The notes under the pieces were generated by a model. That model ran no database searches. It saw only the letters and a list, made by a program, of their open reading frames with translations, and was not told the origin of the DNA. DNA of 64,000 nucleotides from Cyanophyceae cyanobacterium (GTDB lineage Bacteria > Cyanobacteriota > Cyanobacteriia > Cyanobacteriales > Laspinemataceae): NCBI GenBank assembly GCA_038321985.1, contig JBBQFN010000005.1:128001-192000 (forward strand), read 5' to 3'. Position 1 is the stretch's first letter, and each line of letters starts with the position of its first letter. Of this stretch, positions 10,790-20,468 are shown piece after piece. The translations under genes were made by a program, and so were the position numbers.

Positions 10790-12379
10790 ATGGCTATTGG
10801 TTACGTTGCTCTCGTCCTCCATGCTCATCTTCCTTTCGTCCGACATCCCGAAAGTGATTATGTTTTAGAAGAAGAATGGCTCTATGAAGCCATTACAGAA
10901 ACCTACATCCCCTTACTGCGAGTATTTGAAGGCTTAAAGCGAGACGGGATCGATTTCAAAATTACCATGAGTATGACTCCGCCTTTGGTGTCAATGCTCC
11001 GCGACCCCCTGCTGCAAGACCGTTATGAGCAACACTTGGCTCAACTCGAAGAACTTGCCGAACTGGAAATTGAGCATAACAAACACAATGGGCACATTCG
11101 CTATCTAGCTGAACACTACGCCCGTGAGTTTAATGACACTCGCCAAATCTGGGAACGCTACGATCGCGACTTGGTGTCTGCCTTTAAACAATTCCAAGAC
11201 TCCAATAATCTAGAAATCATCACCTGCGGAGCCACTCACGGTTACCTTCCTTTGATGAAAATGTACCCGCAAGCAGTCTGGGCGCAAATCCAGGTCGCCT
11301 GCGAACATTACGAGCAGAACTTCGGTCGTCCCCCCAAAGGCATTTGGTTACCCGAATGTGCCTACTATGAAGGCTTAGATCGAATGCTCGCTGATGCGGG
11401 TCTGCGGTATTTCCTCACCGATGGTCATGGCATCCTCTACGCTCGTCCCCGTCCCCGCTTTGGCACTTACGCTCCCATTTTTACGGAATCGGGGGTGGCG
11501 GTATTCGGTCGCGATCACGAATCGTCTCAACAGGTCTGGTCTTCCGAGGTGGGATATCCCGGTGACCCAGAATATCGTGAATTTTACAAGGATTTGGGTT
11601 GGGAGGCTGAATACGATTATATCAAGCCGTATATCATGCCTAACGGTCAGCGTAAGAATGTCGGGATTAAATATCACAAAATTACGGGTCGCGGTCTCGG
11701 TTTAGGGGATAAGGCGCTCTACGACCCCTATTGGGCGCGGGAAAAGGCTGCCGAAAATGCGGGCAATTTCATGTTTAACCGCGCACGTCAAGTGGAACAC
11801 CTCCAAGGCATCATGCAGCGCCCCCCGATTATTGTCTCCCCTTATGATGCGGAACTGTTCGGTCACTGGTGGTATGAAGGCCCTTGGTTCATTGATTACT
11901 TATTCCGCAAGTCTTGGTATGACCAAGGCTCTTACCAGATGACCCACCTGGCGGATTATTTACGCGAGAATCCTACTCAGCAAGTTTGTCGTCCGTCTCA
12001 ATCTAGCTGGGGCTATAAAGGGTTCCATGAGTATTGGCTCAATGAAACCAATACGTGGGTTTACCCTCATCTACATAAAGCGGCTGAACGGATGATCGAG
12101 TTGAGCCATCGGGACCCAGCGGATGAACTGGAATGGCGGGCGCTGAACCAAGCGGCACGAGAACTACTCCTGGCACAGTCTTCGGACTGGGCGTTTATCA
12201 TGCGCACGGGGACAATGGTCCCCTACGCGGTCCGTCGAACGCGATCGCACTTGATGCGTCTGCACAAAATCTACGAGGATATCAATGTTGGCAAAATTGA
12301 TTCCGGCTGGTTAGAAAAAGTCGAGGCGATCGACAATATTTTCCCAGAGATTAATTATCGTGTTTACCGTCCATTGTAA
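10790..12379 (+). CDS. Glycoside hydrolase family 57 (branching-enzyme type, DUF1957)
   Basis: LVLHAHLPFV, ATHGYLP, GIWLPECAY, PYDAELFGHWWYEG, AQSSDWAF. Confidence 0.95.
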   Translation: MAIGYVALVLHAHLPFVRHPESDYVLEEEWLYEAITETYIPLLRVFEGLKRDGIDFKITMSMTPPLVSMLRDPLLQDRYEQHLAQLEELAELEIEHNKHNGHIRYLAEHYAREFNDTRQIWERYDRDLVSAFKQFQDSNNLEIITCGATHGYLPLMKMYPQAVWAQIQVACEHYEQNFGRPPKGIWLPECAYYEGLDRMLADAGLRYFLTDGHGILYARPRPRFGTYAPIFTESGVAVFGRDHESSQQVWSSEVGYPGDPEYREFYKDLGWEAEYDYIKPYIMPNGQRKNVGIKYHKITGRGLGLGDKALYDPYWAREKAAENAGNFMFNRARQVEHLQGIMQRPPIIVSPYDAELFGHWWYEGPWFIDYLFRKSWYDQGSYQMTHLADYLRENPTQQVCRPSQSSWGYKGFHEYWLNETNTWVYPHLHKAAERMIELSHRDPADELEWRALNQAARELLLAQSSDWAFIMRTGTMVPYAVRRTRSHLMRLHKIYEDINVGKIDSGWLEKVEAIDNIFPEINYRVYRPL

Positions 12380-12422
12380 TCGGTATTGAGCGCAATTGTT
12401 ACAAATTGATTTTCTTTCGGAT

Positions 12423-12490
12423 AGAAACCGGGTTTCTAGGCATCAAGGGTAGATTAAAGGCTCTATTTCCTCCCTAGAAACCCGGTTTTT
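12423..12490. repeat. Inverted pair of AGAAACCGGGTTTCT-type palindromic repeats (possible terminator after GH57)
   Basis: AGAAACCGGGTTTCTAGG (12423-12440) / CCTAGAAACCCGGTTTTT (12473-12490); degenerate copies near 38882 and 61783. Confidence 0.65.
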
Positions 12491-12579
12491 TTGGAGGGAG
12501 TGACCGCAGTTTGCCCTCCAAATTGGAGAAAATTGTGCTAAAAAAGATCGAGTTGAGTGCCGCGATCGCCTCACATCTA

Positions 12580-13614
12580 ATGCGTGATTCCAATCCTGTG
12601 TTTAACTATTTTCCCTGTCCGCGTTGTGGTGCTTCGGTCCCATTGAAGCTCCGCCTCCACAAATTTAATTGTCCCGATTGTGATTGGCAAGGTTCGATGT
12701 TTCAGACCGCTGCGCCGGTCACTTCAGACTTGGATAGGGCTACAAAAATTACTACACCCCCGGTTCACCGGCATTCCCCGCGCCCAATTTCCACAGATCA
12801 CCGATCCAAGGCCAGTAAGAAGGCCACGCTTCCCCGGTGGCTTTGTGTCTCTCCCTATGTCTATGTTCAAAAACCTCCGGCGATCGCTCCTGATCGCTCC
12901 AAAATTCCCCTACGGTTGATTACTGTGGCGATCGCGGCGGTGATAATAACCACTCTTAATCTCCTCAATAGGTTCCGTCCAAATTTTGACTTGAGGCTGC
13001 TGTTTTCTCCACCTGCGCCCTATGAGGAGGCAGTTGCCGTCCCACCGGAAGATGCTTTTCGTCAAGGTGTAAATGCAGCTATGAAGGCGGCGATATTGAC
13101 TCAATCGGCACGCACTCAGATGCAATGGCAAATGGTAGGGTCCTGGTGGTCCGAGGCGATCGCTCTGATGGAAGGGGTCCCCTCCCAGAGTCCCGATCGC
13201 CCGGTTGCCGAACAAAAGGCGATCGAATACCAAGCCAATTGGTCCTACGCTCAACAACAGCTCAACCAAATTGCTTACGCACCCCCGCCGCCGCCCCCAC
13301 TCTTACCCATGCCTGTCACCAATGCCCCTTTGCTGCCGCCTCCACCTCCAGCCCCAGCCCCCTCTCCCCCACCCCAACCCCAAGAGAGGTTCCGCTATGC
13401 CGTTAATCAGGCAATGAGTGCGGCGAGTTTGACCCAATGGGCTGAAACCCGGGAAGACTGGCATCAGATCACGCAAGAGTGGTCCAAGGCGATCGCCCTG
13501 ATGAAATCCGTCCCTTCAGATAGTCGCGACTACTCCACCGCCCAGCAAAAAGCCCAGGAATACCAGACGAATCTCCTCTACGCTCAAAAACGAGCCCGCC
13601 AACTCTCCCCCTGA
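12580..13614 (+). CDS. Zn-ribbon + TM protein with two copies of the helical 'F..AV..A..AA..W..AI.LM..VP' domain
   Basis: CPRC...CPDC; TM LITVAIAAVIITTL; duplicated C-terminal domain separated by a poly-Pro linker; ORF open from 12511. Confidence 0.75.
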   Translation: MRDSNPVFNYFPCPRCGASVPLKLRLHKFNCPDCDWQGSMFQTAAPVTSDLDRATKITTPPVHRHSPRPISTDHRSKASKKATLPRWLCVSPYVYVQKPPAIAPDRSKIPLRLITVAIAAVIITTLNLLNRFRPNFDLRLLFSPPAPYEEAVAVPPEDAFRQGVNAAMKAAILTQSARTQMQWQMVGSWWSEAIALMEGVPSQSPDRPVAEQKAIEYQANWSYAQQQLNQIAYAPPPPPPLLPMPVTNAPLLPPPPPAPAPSPPPQPQERFRYAVNQAMSAASLTQWAETREDWHQITQEWSKAIALMKSVPSDSRDYSTAQQKAQEYQTNLLYAQKRARQLSP

Positions 13615-13753
13615 TCTGAGTTCCCCAACTGGCATCCCCTATCTCCAGATTTTTCTCGGGATCACAGGGAAAGTTAACACAGTCCCATCCTGAGTCACAC
13701 TCTAGCTCCCGGAATCGCCCTGGGGAAAGGGCTTTCCAGTGATCCCAAAGATT

Positions 13754-13771
13754 TATGTAAATTTTTGTAAA
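13754..13771 (-). promoter_or_regulatory. HLR1 (RpaB-binding) direct repeat upstream of gifA
   Basis: Minus strand TTTACAAA-AA-TTTACATA fits (G/T)TTACA(T/A)(T/A)-N2 twice. Confidence 0.55.
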
Positions 13772-13784
13772 AAACAGCCCTTTT

Positions 13785-13816
13785 GTATCATTTTTTACAG
13801 AATTTGCCCTTATAGT
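13785..13816 (+). promoter_or_regulatory. NtcA site in a repressing position plus -10 box of gifA
   Basis: GTA-TCATTTTT-TAC (13785-13798); TATAGT at 13811-13816 puts the site over the -35 region, consistent with known NtcA repression of gifA. Confidence 0.8.
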
Positions 13817-13864
13817 AAAAACAGGAGAAAAAACTTCCCCGAAAAAAACCAGGAGGCTACTCTG

Positions 13865-14059
13865 ATGTCTACTCAAGATCAAGCTCGCGCCTTAATGATG
13901 CGTCACCATCAAGTTGTTAAAAATCGTCAGCAATCGATGCTATTTCGGAGCGCCGCTGAAATAGGTCTGGATCCAGATGACTATTCCAGTACCATTCAAG
14001 GCAAAGCTCCTTCGGATTTCCGTCAATCTTATGACCGCTCTAAATCTACGATGAGCTAA
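13865..14059 (+). CDS. gifA: Glutamine synthetase inactivating factor IF7
   Basis: MSTQDQARALMMRHHQVVKNRQQSMLFRSAAEIG...QGK...YDRS matches IF7; RBS AGGAGG at 13851. Confidence 0.92.
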   Translation: MSTQDQARALMMRHHQVVKNRQQSMLFRSAAEIGLDPDDYSSTIQGKAPSDFRQSYDRSKSTMS

Positions 14060-14132
14060 GTCCGTAGCATTGTCAGTAGCATCAATCAAATTTTTTCTAC
14101 AATTTTACCGATAAAAAAAGGAGAATAATCCC

Positions 14133-14324
14133 ATGCCTAAAGATCTAGCTCGGGCCAGAATGAATCGTCATCAACATCTTGCTAAAAATCGTCAGCAATC
14201 CATGCTAACTCGGAGTGCCGAAGAAATTGGCTTAGACGAAAACGAATGCTGGAAAAGCAATCAAGACGAATGCCCATCTAGTGGCTGTCAGCCTTACAAC
14301 AGCAATGGCGCATCAATGAGCTAA
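14133..14324 (+). CDS. IF7-like paralog (second gif copy) with Cys-rich C-terminus
   Basis: ARARMNRHQHLAKNRQQSMLTRSAEEIGLD aligns to the upstream copy; RBS AAGGAG; ends ASMS. Confidence 0.85.
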   Translation: MPKDLARARMNRHQHLAKNRQQSMLTRSAEEIGLDENECWKSNQDECPSSGCQPYNSNGASMS

Positions 14325-14700
14325 TCGGAAAGGGTCGGTTTGAATCAGGAACGTCAACAAGATTGGGTTCCGGCGATCGCGACACAAGAGTAGAGTGAGA
14401 GTGTCTTATTCTCCCTAATATTAGCCAGTTGAATCCAACTATTAAATTGCATCATCCAATCAGGGCGTAGGTTCTTTAGAACTACCGCCCTTAAATTTTT
14501 TTGAGCGGCTACATGAACGGTAGCTTTTGCCATCCCCAATCGGGCTATAACCAGTCTACCCCGGCGCTTCTTTAACCTCAAACTTTTTAAATCCGAATAG
14601 GGGCTCACTTACGATTCTGGTAAATGCCGCTTAGGTGTCCTGGCTCGTGATACCGTAAAAGCTTAGGCAAATTCCGAAGCAGATCGTTCGCTCCTGGGTT

Positions 14701-15897
14701 ATGCAACAACCATCTTCTGATCGTTCACCGTTCCATTGCCTGTCTATTGAATTGACAGGCACCCCTATCTTAGAGCCGTCCGATGGCACTTCTTTCCTTG
14801 ATTTAAACTTGACTCTCCATTTTCAGGAAGTCTGGCAAGAGGTACCCGGGGGTCGTTTTAAGTTGGGTTTGACAGGGGGCAAGCTGATGCTAAACCTGGA
14901 AAACGCCACCCTCCCTGAGGAAATCGGTTTGCTCACTAAAGAGCCCAAGCCTTCGATTTCCAGTCAAGTCACCACCGGGACCTCAACCCCTTCCCATTGG
15001 ATTTTAAAAATTAGCGGGGATGGCTCCATCCTCAAAGGAAGTCTAGGAGTTCTGCAACTTGCACGGTTGCAAGTCAAGGGAACCCCAGTCCGAGTGCAAG
15101 CCACATTCCAGGTGAGTGCCGCTAATATCCAGATCGTAGAGGCGGAAGGACTATGGCCTCACGATATCAATCCCAATCAACATGGCATCTTAGAGCGACT
15201 GTTGATCCGATCGCTGGTTGACACCCAATTTCCAACGGATCTAACTCGGACGGAACTGCAATATGCCCGTCCTCCAGAAGACCCGATTGCCGTTGAAGAG
15301 TCTCCCCAACATCAAGACTGGTCGGCTATTGCGGAGGCGATCGCCCCAATTTTAGAAGCAACCACCGATAACTTTATCGAACTAGCAAAACTAGCGGGTC
15401 TGGATCCGGTTCGGGATTTCGCGGGGGCCAAACTTTGGGGTTGTAACTGGCGCGGACTCGACCTCAGCGGTGCTGAACTCCCCGGGGTAAAATTGCGCGG
15501 GGCTGACTTGAGTGATGTCGATCTCAGTGAGGCGAACTTGACTGGGGCCAAATTAGCCGGTGCGGATGCCAGCGGTGCACTCTTGAGTGATGCCAATCTC
15601 ACCGATGCCGACCTCCATCGATGTAGTTTGGCCCTGGCTTCTTTAAGCGGTGCCTCGTTGCGAAACGCCAATCTGCAAGAGGCCAATTTAAGTAATGCCA
15701 ATCTCAGCGATGCCGACTTATCTGGCGCGAATCTTTCCGGTGCAGACTTGCATCAGGCGGGGTTAGTCATGACCAATCTCACGAATACTAACCTGACTGG
15801 GGCCAATGTGGATCAAGCTCGTTTTAAGCTAGATTCGGGTTTATCGGCGGAAAGGGAACGGGATCTCAAGGCCCGAGGTGCTCTTTTTGAGCCGTAA
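14701..15897 (+). CDS. Pentapeptide repeat protein
   Basis: Long C-terminal A(D/N)LxG tandem repeats. Confidence 0.9.
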   Translation: MQQPSSDRSPFHCLSIELTGTPILEPSDGTSFLDLNLTLHFQEVWQEVPGGRFKLGLTGGKLMLNLENATLPEEIGLLTKEPKPSISSQVTTGTSTPSHWILKISGDGSILKGSLGVLQLARLQVKGTPVRVQATFQVSAANIQIVEAEGLWPHDINPNQHGILERLLIRSLVDTQFPTDLTRTELQYARPPEDPIAVEESPQHQDWSAIAEAIAPILEATTDNFIELAKLAGLDPVRDFAGAKLWGCNWRGLDLSGAELPGVKLRGADLSDVDLSEANLTGAKLAGADASGALLSDANLTDADLHRCSLALASLSGASLRNANLQEANLSNANLSDADLSGANLSGADLHQAGLVMTNLTNTNLTGANVDQARFKLDSGLSAERERDLKARGALFEP

Positions 15898-15982
15898 TTT
15901 ACAGACTTCCCTTTTTAACGGCGATCGCTGAAGGGGGAATCTCATCAGTCAATTATCAACAACGTTCACCCCTGACGGCGAC

Positions 15983-17029
15983 ATGAGTGAAGAAGGAGAT
16001 TTACGGCTAAAAGAAGGAATTGCCCAATATCAGCGGGGGGAGTTTACAGCGGCCCTGGAGTCTTGGAGTCAGGCGGTGACGATTTATCGAGATACCGGGG
16101 AACGAGCCTGGGAAGGGACGGCCCTGGGTAATCTGGGAGTGGCTTATCAGGCCCTCGGAGATTTAAAAGCAGCAGTTGCCTGTTACAGTCAACATCTGGC
16201 GATCGCCGAAGAGATTAACGACAGCCAGGGACAGGGGAATGCCCTGTTAAATTTAGGAACGGCTTATTTGGCACTTGGAGAGTATGAACAGGCGATCGCC
16301 TATCAACAGCGGCGCTTGGCGAGTGCAATTGAAATGGCAGATAAACCCCTGGAGGTGCATATCCTCTCGCAGTTAAAAGACTGTTACCATAACCTAGGCG
16401 ACGGAGAACGGGTCCGGGTTTGTCAGGATCGGTTACTGGCGATCGCCCGGGAGTTGTTTTTTGACACCAAAAGCGATGATTTTATGGCAGTCGCCCAGAG
16501 CGTTGGGCTCAATCCCCTCCAGGATTTTGCCGGTGGTAATCTCCGTAATCTGGACTTCCACTATGCAGACTTGAGTCGTGCAGACTTGGAAAAGGCTGAT
16601 TTGAGCAATGCCTATCTCGAACTCGCCGATCTATGTGGGGCGAATTTGACCGGGGCTAATTTATCTCATGCGCAGCTCACTAATGCCAATCTCAACCGAA
16701 CTAACCTCTGTGGGGCTAATTTAAGTGATGCCGATTTGCGAACGAACCTAAATCGGGCCAATCTCACCCAAGCGACTGCCCATCGGACTAATTTTACCGC
16801 AGCTTATCTGCGCGGGGCGAATCTCTGCGAGGTTTGTTTCATAGATGCTGTGCTTAAAAATGCAGATTTGACTCAGGCTACTTTAACCGATGCCGACTTC
16901 ACAGGTGCAGACTGCACGGGGGCTGACTGGACGGGGGTAACCTGCGATCGGGCGCGATTTGCTCACGCCGTGGGAATTTCTGAATCCCTGAAACAGGATT
17001 TGATCCGCCTGGGTGCGATTTTTGAGTGA
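15983..17029 (+). CDS. TPR + pentapeptide repeat protein
   Basis: TPRs (EGTALGNLGVAYQALG, GNALLNLGTAYLALG) followed by ADLS/ANLT repeats. Confidence 0.9.
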   Translation: MSEEGDLRLKEGIAQYQRGEFTAALESWSQAVTIYRDTGERAWEGTALGNLGVAYQALGDLKAAVACYSQHLAIAEEINDSQGQGNALLNLGTAYLALGEYEQAIAYQQRRLASAIEMADKPLEVHILSQLKDCYHNLGDGERVRVCQDRLLAIARELFFDTKSDDFMAVAQSVGLNPLQDFAGGNLRNLDFHYADLSRADLEKADLSNAYLELADLCGANLTGANLSHAQLTNANLNRTNLCGANLSDADLRTNLNRANLTQATAHRTNFTAAYLRGANLCEVCFIDAVLKNADLTQATLTDADFTGADCTGADWTGVTCDRARFAHAVGISESLKQDLIRLGAIFE

Positions 17030-17222
17030 GGGAATCCTGCGATCGGTGAATCTTCCCGGGGATGAAGTCCCAACCGAGGAGATCGCACCGACTCAGGCGG
17101 GTTTGATAAAGGGTTGCTAATTCTAGGGACAAAAAATTGCCTGAACGTAGTCTTGTTACGTTCAGGCATTAGGATGTTCGCGTAATTCTAAGGAAGGAAG
17201 AAAAGAAAAATAGTTGTAATCG

Positions 17223-17366
17223 TTACATGAGTCCTAGCTGAGACAGAATGCCATGTCCCGTCAGCAACTCAGTGGCGACACCAATTACAAAACCTAGCAT
17301 TGCCAGACGACCATTCCAGGTTTCGGCAACCTCTGTAAACCCGAATTTGGCTGGTGTATTATTCAT
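17223..17366 (-). CDS. High-light-inducible protein (Hli/Scp, HliC-like), 47 aa
   Basis: Translated by hand: MNNTPAKFGFTEVAETWNGRLAMLGFVIGVATELLTGHGILSQLGLM*; ExxNGRxAMxG chlorophyll-binding motif; too short for the ORF track. Confidence 0.95.
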   Translation of the reverse strand: MNNTPAKFGFTEVAETWNGRLAMLGFVIGVATELLTGHGILSQLGLM

Positions 17367-17666
17367 GATTCAGAAAGTTTTTAGTTAGTCAAGTCTGTGT
17401 AATATAAATTAACGCACATTGGGAGAAATGGCAACATTTCGTTACAAAATGCTGACAAACGCTTAAAAAATTACTAAGTAGCAATTAACGATATAAAAAT
17501 TCTAGGGAAACCCGGGTGTAAACCCCTCGAACAAATCCCTCGCTGATAAAGACTCTCCTGTGTCTTGGAGGGTGTCCTAGGTGGAGTGAATCCAGAGAAG
17601 TCCAGAACAATGGGAAAGCGGCAAAATGTTATTATCAGCCTGTATTTCTGACTCCCTCCTTAGCCA

Positions 17667-18341
17667 ATGCTTTACCTCAAACTTTTAGGCCGCACCTTCC
17701 TGTATCTTTTAGTGACCCTTGCCATCGTGGCGATCGCCCTAGGCATCAAATTTATCTCTATTCTTCTTGGGGATGCACTGGTGTATCAAATCCCCCTAAT
17801 CGGCGACGCACTTTTAAGCCTAGAAATAATGGAGATTCTCAACATCATTGTGTTTGGTATTTTGGGCATGGGATTTGGGGTTGCCACAATTCTTTTACCC
17901 CGTTACTTTGCCTCGCGGGTGAGTGGGTGGACTTTAGCCGTATTAGTTCCCTTAATTTTTAGCACCGGCACTATTTTTAGATATTACAACTGGGTGCAAG
18001 TATTTTCGGCGGAAGAAAATATTTCTTATAACCAGGCCGAATTGATTACCGATTCTTTTTTAAGAAAGTCCACCCCTCAACAAGAGGGATTTGTGGGATT
18101 TTATATTTATACCGCTAAATCACCCTCTTTACCTGTCCGGGAAAAAGAAATGATAGAATTGGAAGAATTGGAAGCTAAAAGCAAAGCTCGATTTGCTAGA
18201 GTCACGAAGTTAGACCCAGAAATTGTGGGCTATTTATACGCGGGACGAGGTTGGGTAATTCGTTTGTTTTATTTGATTATTTCTATTTTTTCAACTTTAG
18301 TTAACTTCAAAATCGGAAAATTACAAGTGAAGAGAAGTTAG
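17667..18341 (+). CDS. Hypothetical integral membrane protein
   Basis: 224-aa ORF with about 4 hydrophobic segments. Confidence 0.75.
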   Translation: MLYLKLLGRTFLYLLVTLAIVAIALGIKFISILLGDALVYQIPLIGDALLSLEIMEILNIIVFGILGMGFGVATILLPRYFASRVSGWTLAVLVPLIFSTGTIFRYYNWVQVFSAEENISYNQAELITDSFLRKSTPQQEGFVGFYIYTAKSPSLPVREKEMIELEELEAKSKARFARVTKLDPEIVGYLYAGRGWVIRLFYLIISIFSTLVNFKIGKLQVKRS

Positions 18342-18988
18342 GCCAGAGGAGGAAGGAGGGAATAATTTAAAGAAACCAGGTCAAGGGTAAGAAAAATCTA
18401 GTGGATTTCAGAAATTTCGGTTAAAATTTCCCCGAGTAAGAGGCCGTCAATGGAAAATCACATAAGGTTTAGAGTCTTCATGGGCGATCGCCGCGAGAAT
18501 ATAGGGGAACTCGGTTGCATCCGGGGGATGGGCATTGCCTCAGTATCTTTTTGCCTATAATATAGGAAAATAACCTCTAAAGTAACAAAAATCAGGCTTG
18601 CCCCTGTGCAGAATCGCCTCCGGTGCAACTACAAACGGGTCGATAGAAAATTTAATCCACAGGGCTAGTTAGGTCAGGGTGAAAACAACTTCAGGAAGCT
18701 AGATATTTTCCGTGGATGAGACGGCAAAAACAAGTAACCTTTTAGCTGTAGGCCTATCCCACCCCTAGTCCGGAGTCCACAAAGGGTATCCCTAGGGGCT
18801 CAAATTAGAACGTTGAGCGTTGACCCTCACAGGTTGCGCCTGAAGGAAGTAAATTCGCGATCAATCTCGTTAGCCTACCCAAGGGTCTGGGTGAAATGTC
18901 TTGAGAGTGGGGAATCTTGAAGACGCCAGAATCAGTGATGGGCATTTCCCCAACAATTCAAACCACGGACTTGATTAACACTCATTTT

Positions 18989-20257
18989 ATGCGGATTCTG
19001 ATTTATTCCTACAACTATCATCCCGAGCCAATCGGTATCGCTCCTTTAATGACCGAATTGGCTGAAGGACTGGTGAATCGAGGGCATGAAGTGCGCGTCG
19101 TGACTGCAATGCCCAACTATCCAGAACGACGGATTTACCCAGGCTATGAGGGGAAATGGTATTTTAATGAAGACAGAAACGGCGTGAAAATTCAACGCAG
19201 CTTGGTATATATTCGTCCCGAACCTTCATTATTAGATCGAGTTTTACTCGATGGAAGCTTTGTCTTAAATAGTTTTCCTCATGCTTTAACGGGTTGGCGT
19301 CCGGACGTGATTCTAGCCACAGTTCCGCCCTTACCTGTCTGTATCCCGGCTACCTTATTAGGACGAATTAAAGGCTGTCCGGTAGTTTTAAATATTCAGG
19401 ATATTCAACATGAAGCAGCCGTTCACGTTGGGTTGTTAAAAAATACAAAGGTTATTCGAGCCTTTACAGAATTAGAAAAATTTGCCTGTAAAAATGCCGA
19501 AAAAATCAGCGTAATTGCTGAAGGATTTGTAGAAAATTTACTCAATAAATCCGTGCCACCGGAGAAAATTGCTTTAATTCCGAATTGGGTGGATACTAAT
19601 TTTATTCAGCCGTTACCAACAGAAAATAACGCATTTCGCCAGGAGCATCACTTGAATGGAAAATTTGTGGTGCTGTATTCTGGAAATATTGCCCTGACCC
19701 AGGATTTGCCAACAGCCATCAAAGCTGCGGCGCGACTGACTTATATTCCGGACATTGCCTTTGTGGTAGTTGGAGAAGGGAAAGCGATAGCTCGAGTGAG
19801 AGAATATTGTGAAATGTTTGGGGCGGATAATGTGACACTGCTGCCGTTTCAATCGCGCGAAAGTCTACCGGATATGTTGAGGGGGGTAGATGTAGGTTTA
19901 GTGTTGCAAAAACATAATGTAATTGGGTTTAATATGCCTTCCAAAATTCCGGTATTGCTGGCAAGTGGGCGGGCGATTGTGGGTTCAGTTCCGCCTACGG
20001 GTACCGCAGCGAAGGCGATTAAAAATAGTGAAGGTGGTGTTATTGTCCCCCCAGAAGACCCGGAAGCCCTGGCTAATGCTATTTTAGACCTGTATAAAAA
20101 CCCGCATAAAGTTGCGGAGTTGGGTCGAAAAGGGCGGGACTATGCGATCGCTCAGTATGCCTTTGAGGAAACCTTAACTAAATATGAAGCCTTATTTGAG
20201 GAGGCGATCGCCTCCCGTCAAAGACGGCATAACAGATCGGCTCCTGCAAAAGTTTAA
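18989..20257 (+). CDS. Glycosyltransferase family 4 (WcaI-like)
   Basis: MRILIYSYNYHPE, PNYP, IPNWVD, LYSGNI, MPSKI; ORF open from 18917. Confidence 0.9.
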   Translation: MRILIYSYNYHPEPIGIAPLMTELAEGLVNRGHEVRVVTAMPNYPERRIYPGYEGKWYFNEDRNGVKIQRSLVYIRPEPSLLDRVLLDGSFVLNSFPHALTGWRPDVILATVPPLPVCIPATLLGRIKGCPVVLNIQDIQHEAAVHVGLLKNTKVIRAFTELEKFACKNAEKISVIAEGFVENLLNKSVPPEKIALIPNWVDTNFIQPLPTENNAFRQEHHLNGKFVVLYSGNIALTQDLPTAIKAAARLTYIPDIAFVVVGEGKAIARVREYCEMFGADNVTLLPFQSRESLPDMLRGVDVGLVLQKHNVIGFNMPSKIPVLLASGRAIVGSVPPTGTAAKAIKNSEGGVIVPPEDPEALANAILDLYKNPHKVAELGRKGRDYAIAQYAFEETLTKYEALFEEAIASRQRRHNRSAPAKV

Positions 20258-20468
20258 TTAAAGCAATCCAGACGCACCTAGGATAGACTTTCGGAGCAGG
20301 TTTTCCAATTTTGCGGCCCAGCATAACCGGATGGAAATAGCCCGGTTTATCTTCTTTAAAATAAGCTAATACTGGGTTAAAATAGAGAGGAAATCAGGAT
20401 ATTTTGTCTTTATTTTAAGGTTTGAGTTTCAAGATTAAGGGAGATTTTAAAAGGAGATTTCGATAGCT

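Noticed and set aside
13739..13864. N-terminal extension of the 106-aa ORF that would make it IF17-like
   Set aside because: The extension spans the promoter elements; the RBS and IF7 homology point to ATG 13865
18817..18870. glnA (glutamine) riboswitch-like CGTTGA...GGAAGTAA
   Set aside because: No closing GAAG-GAACG strand to complete P1; the downstream gene is a glycosyltransferase
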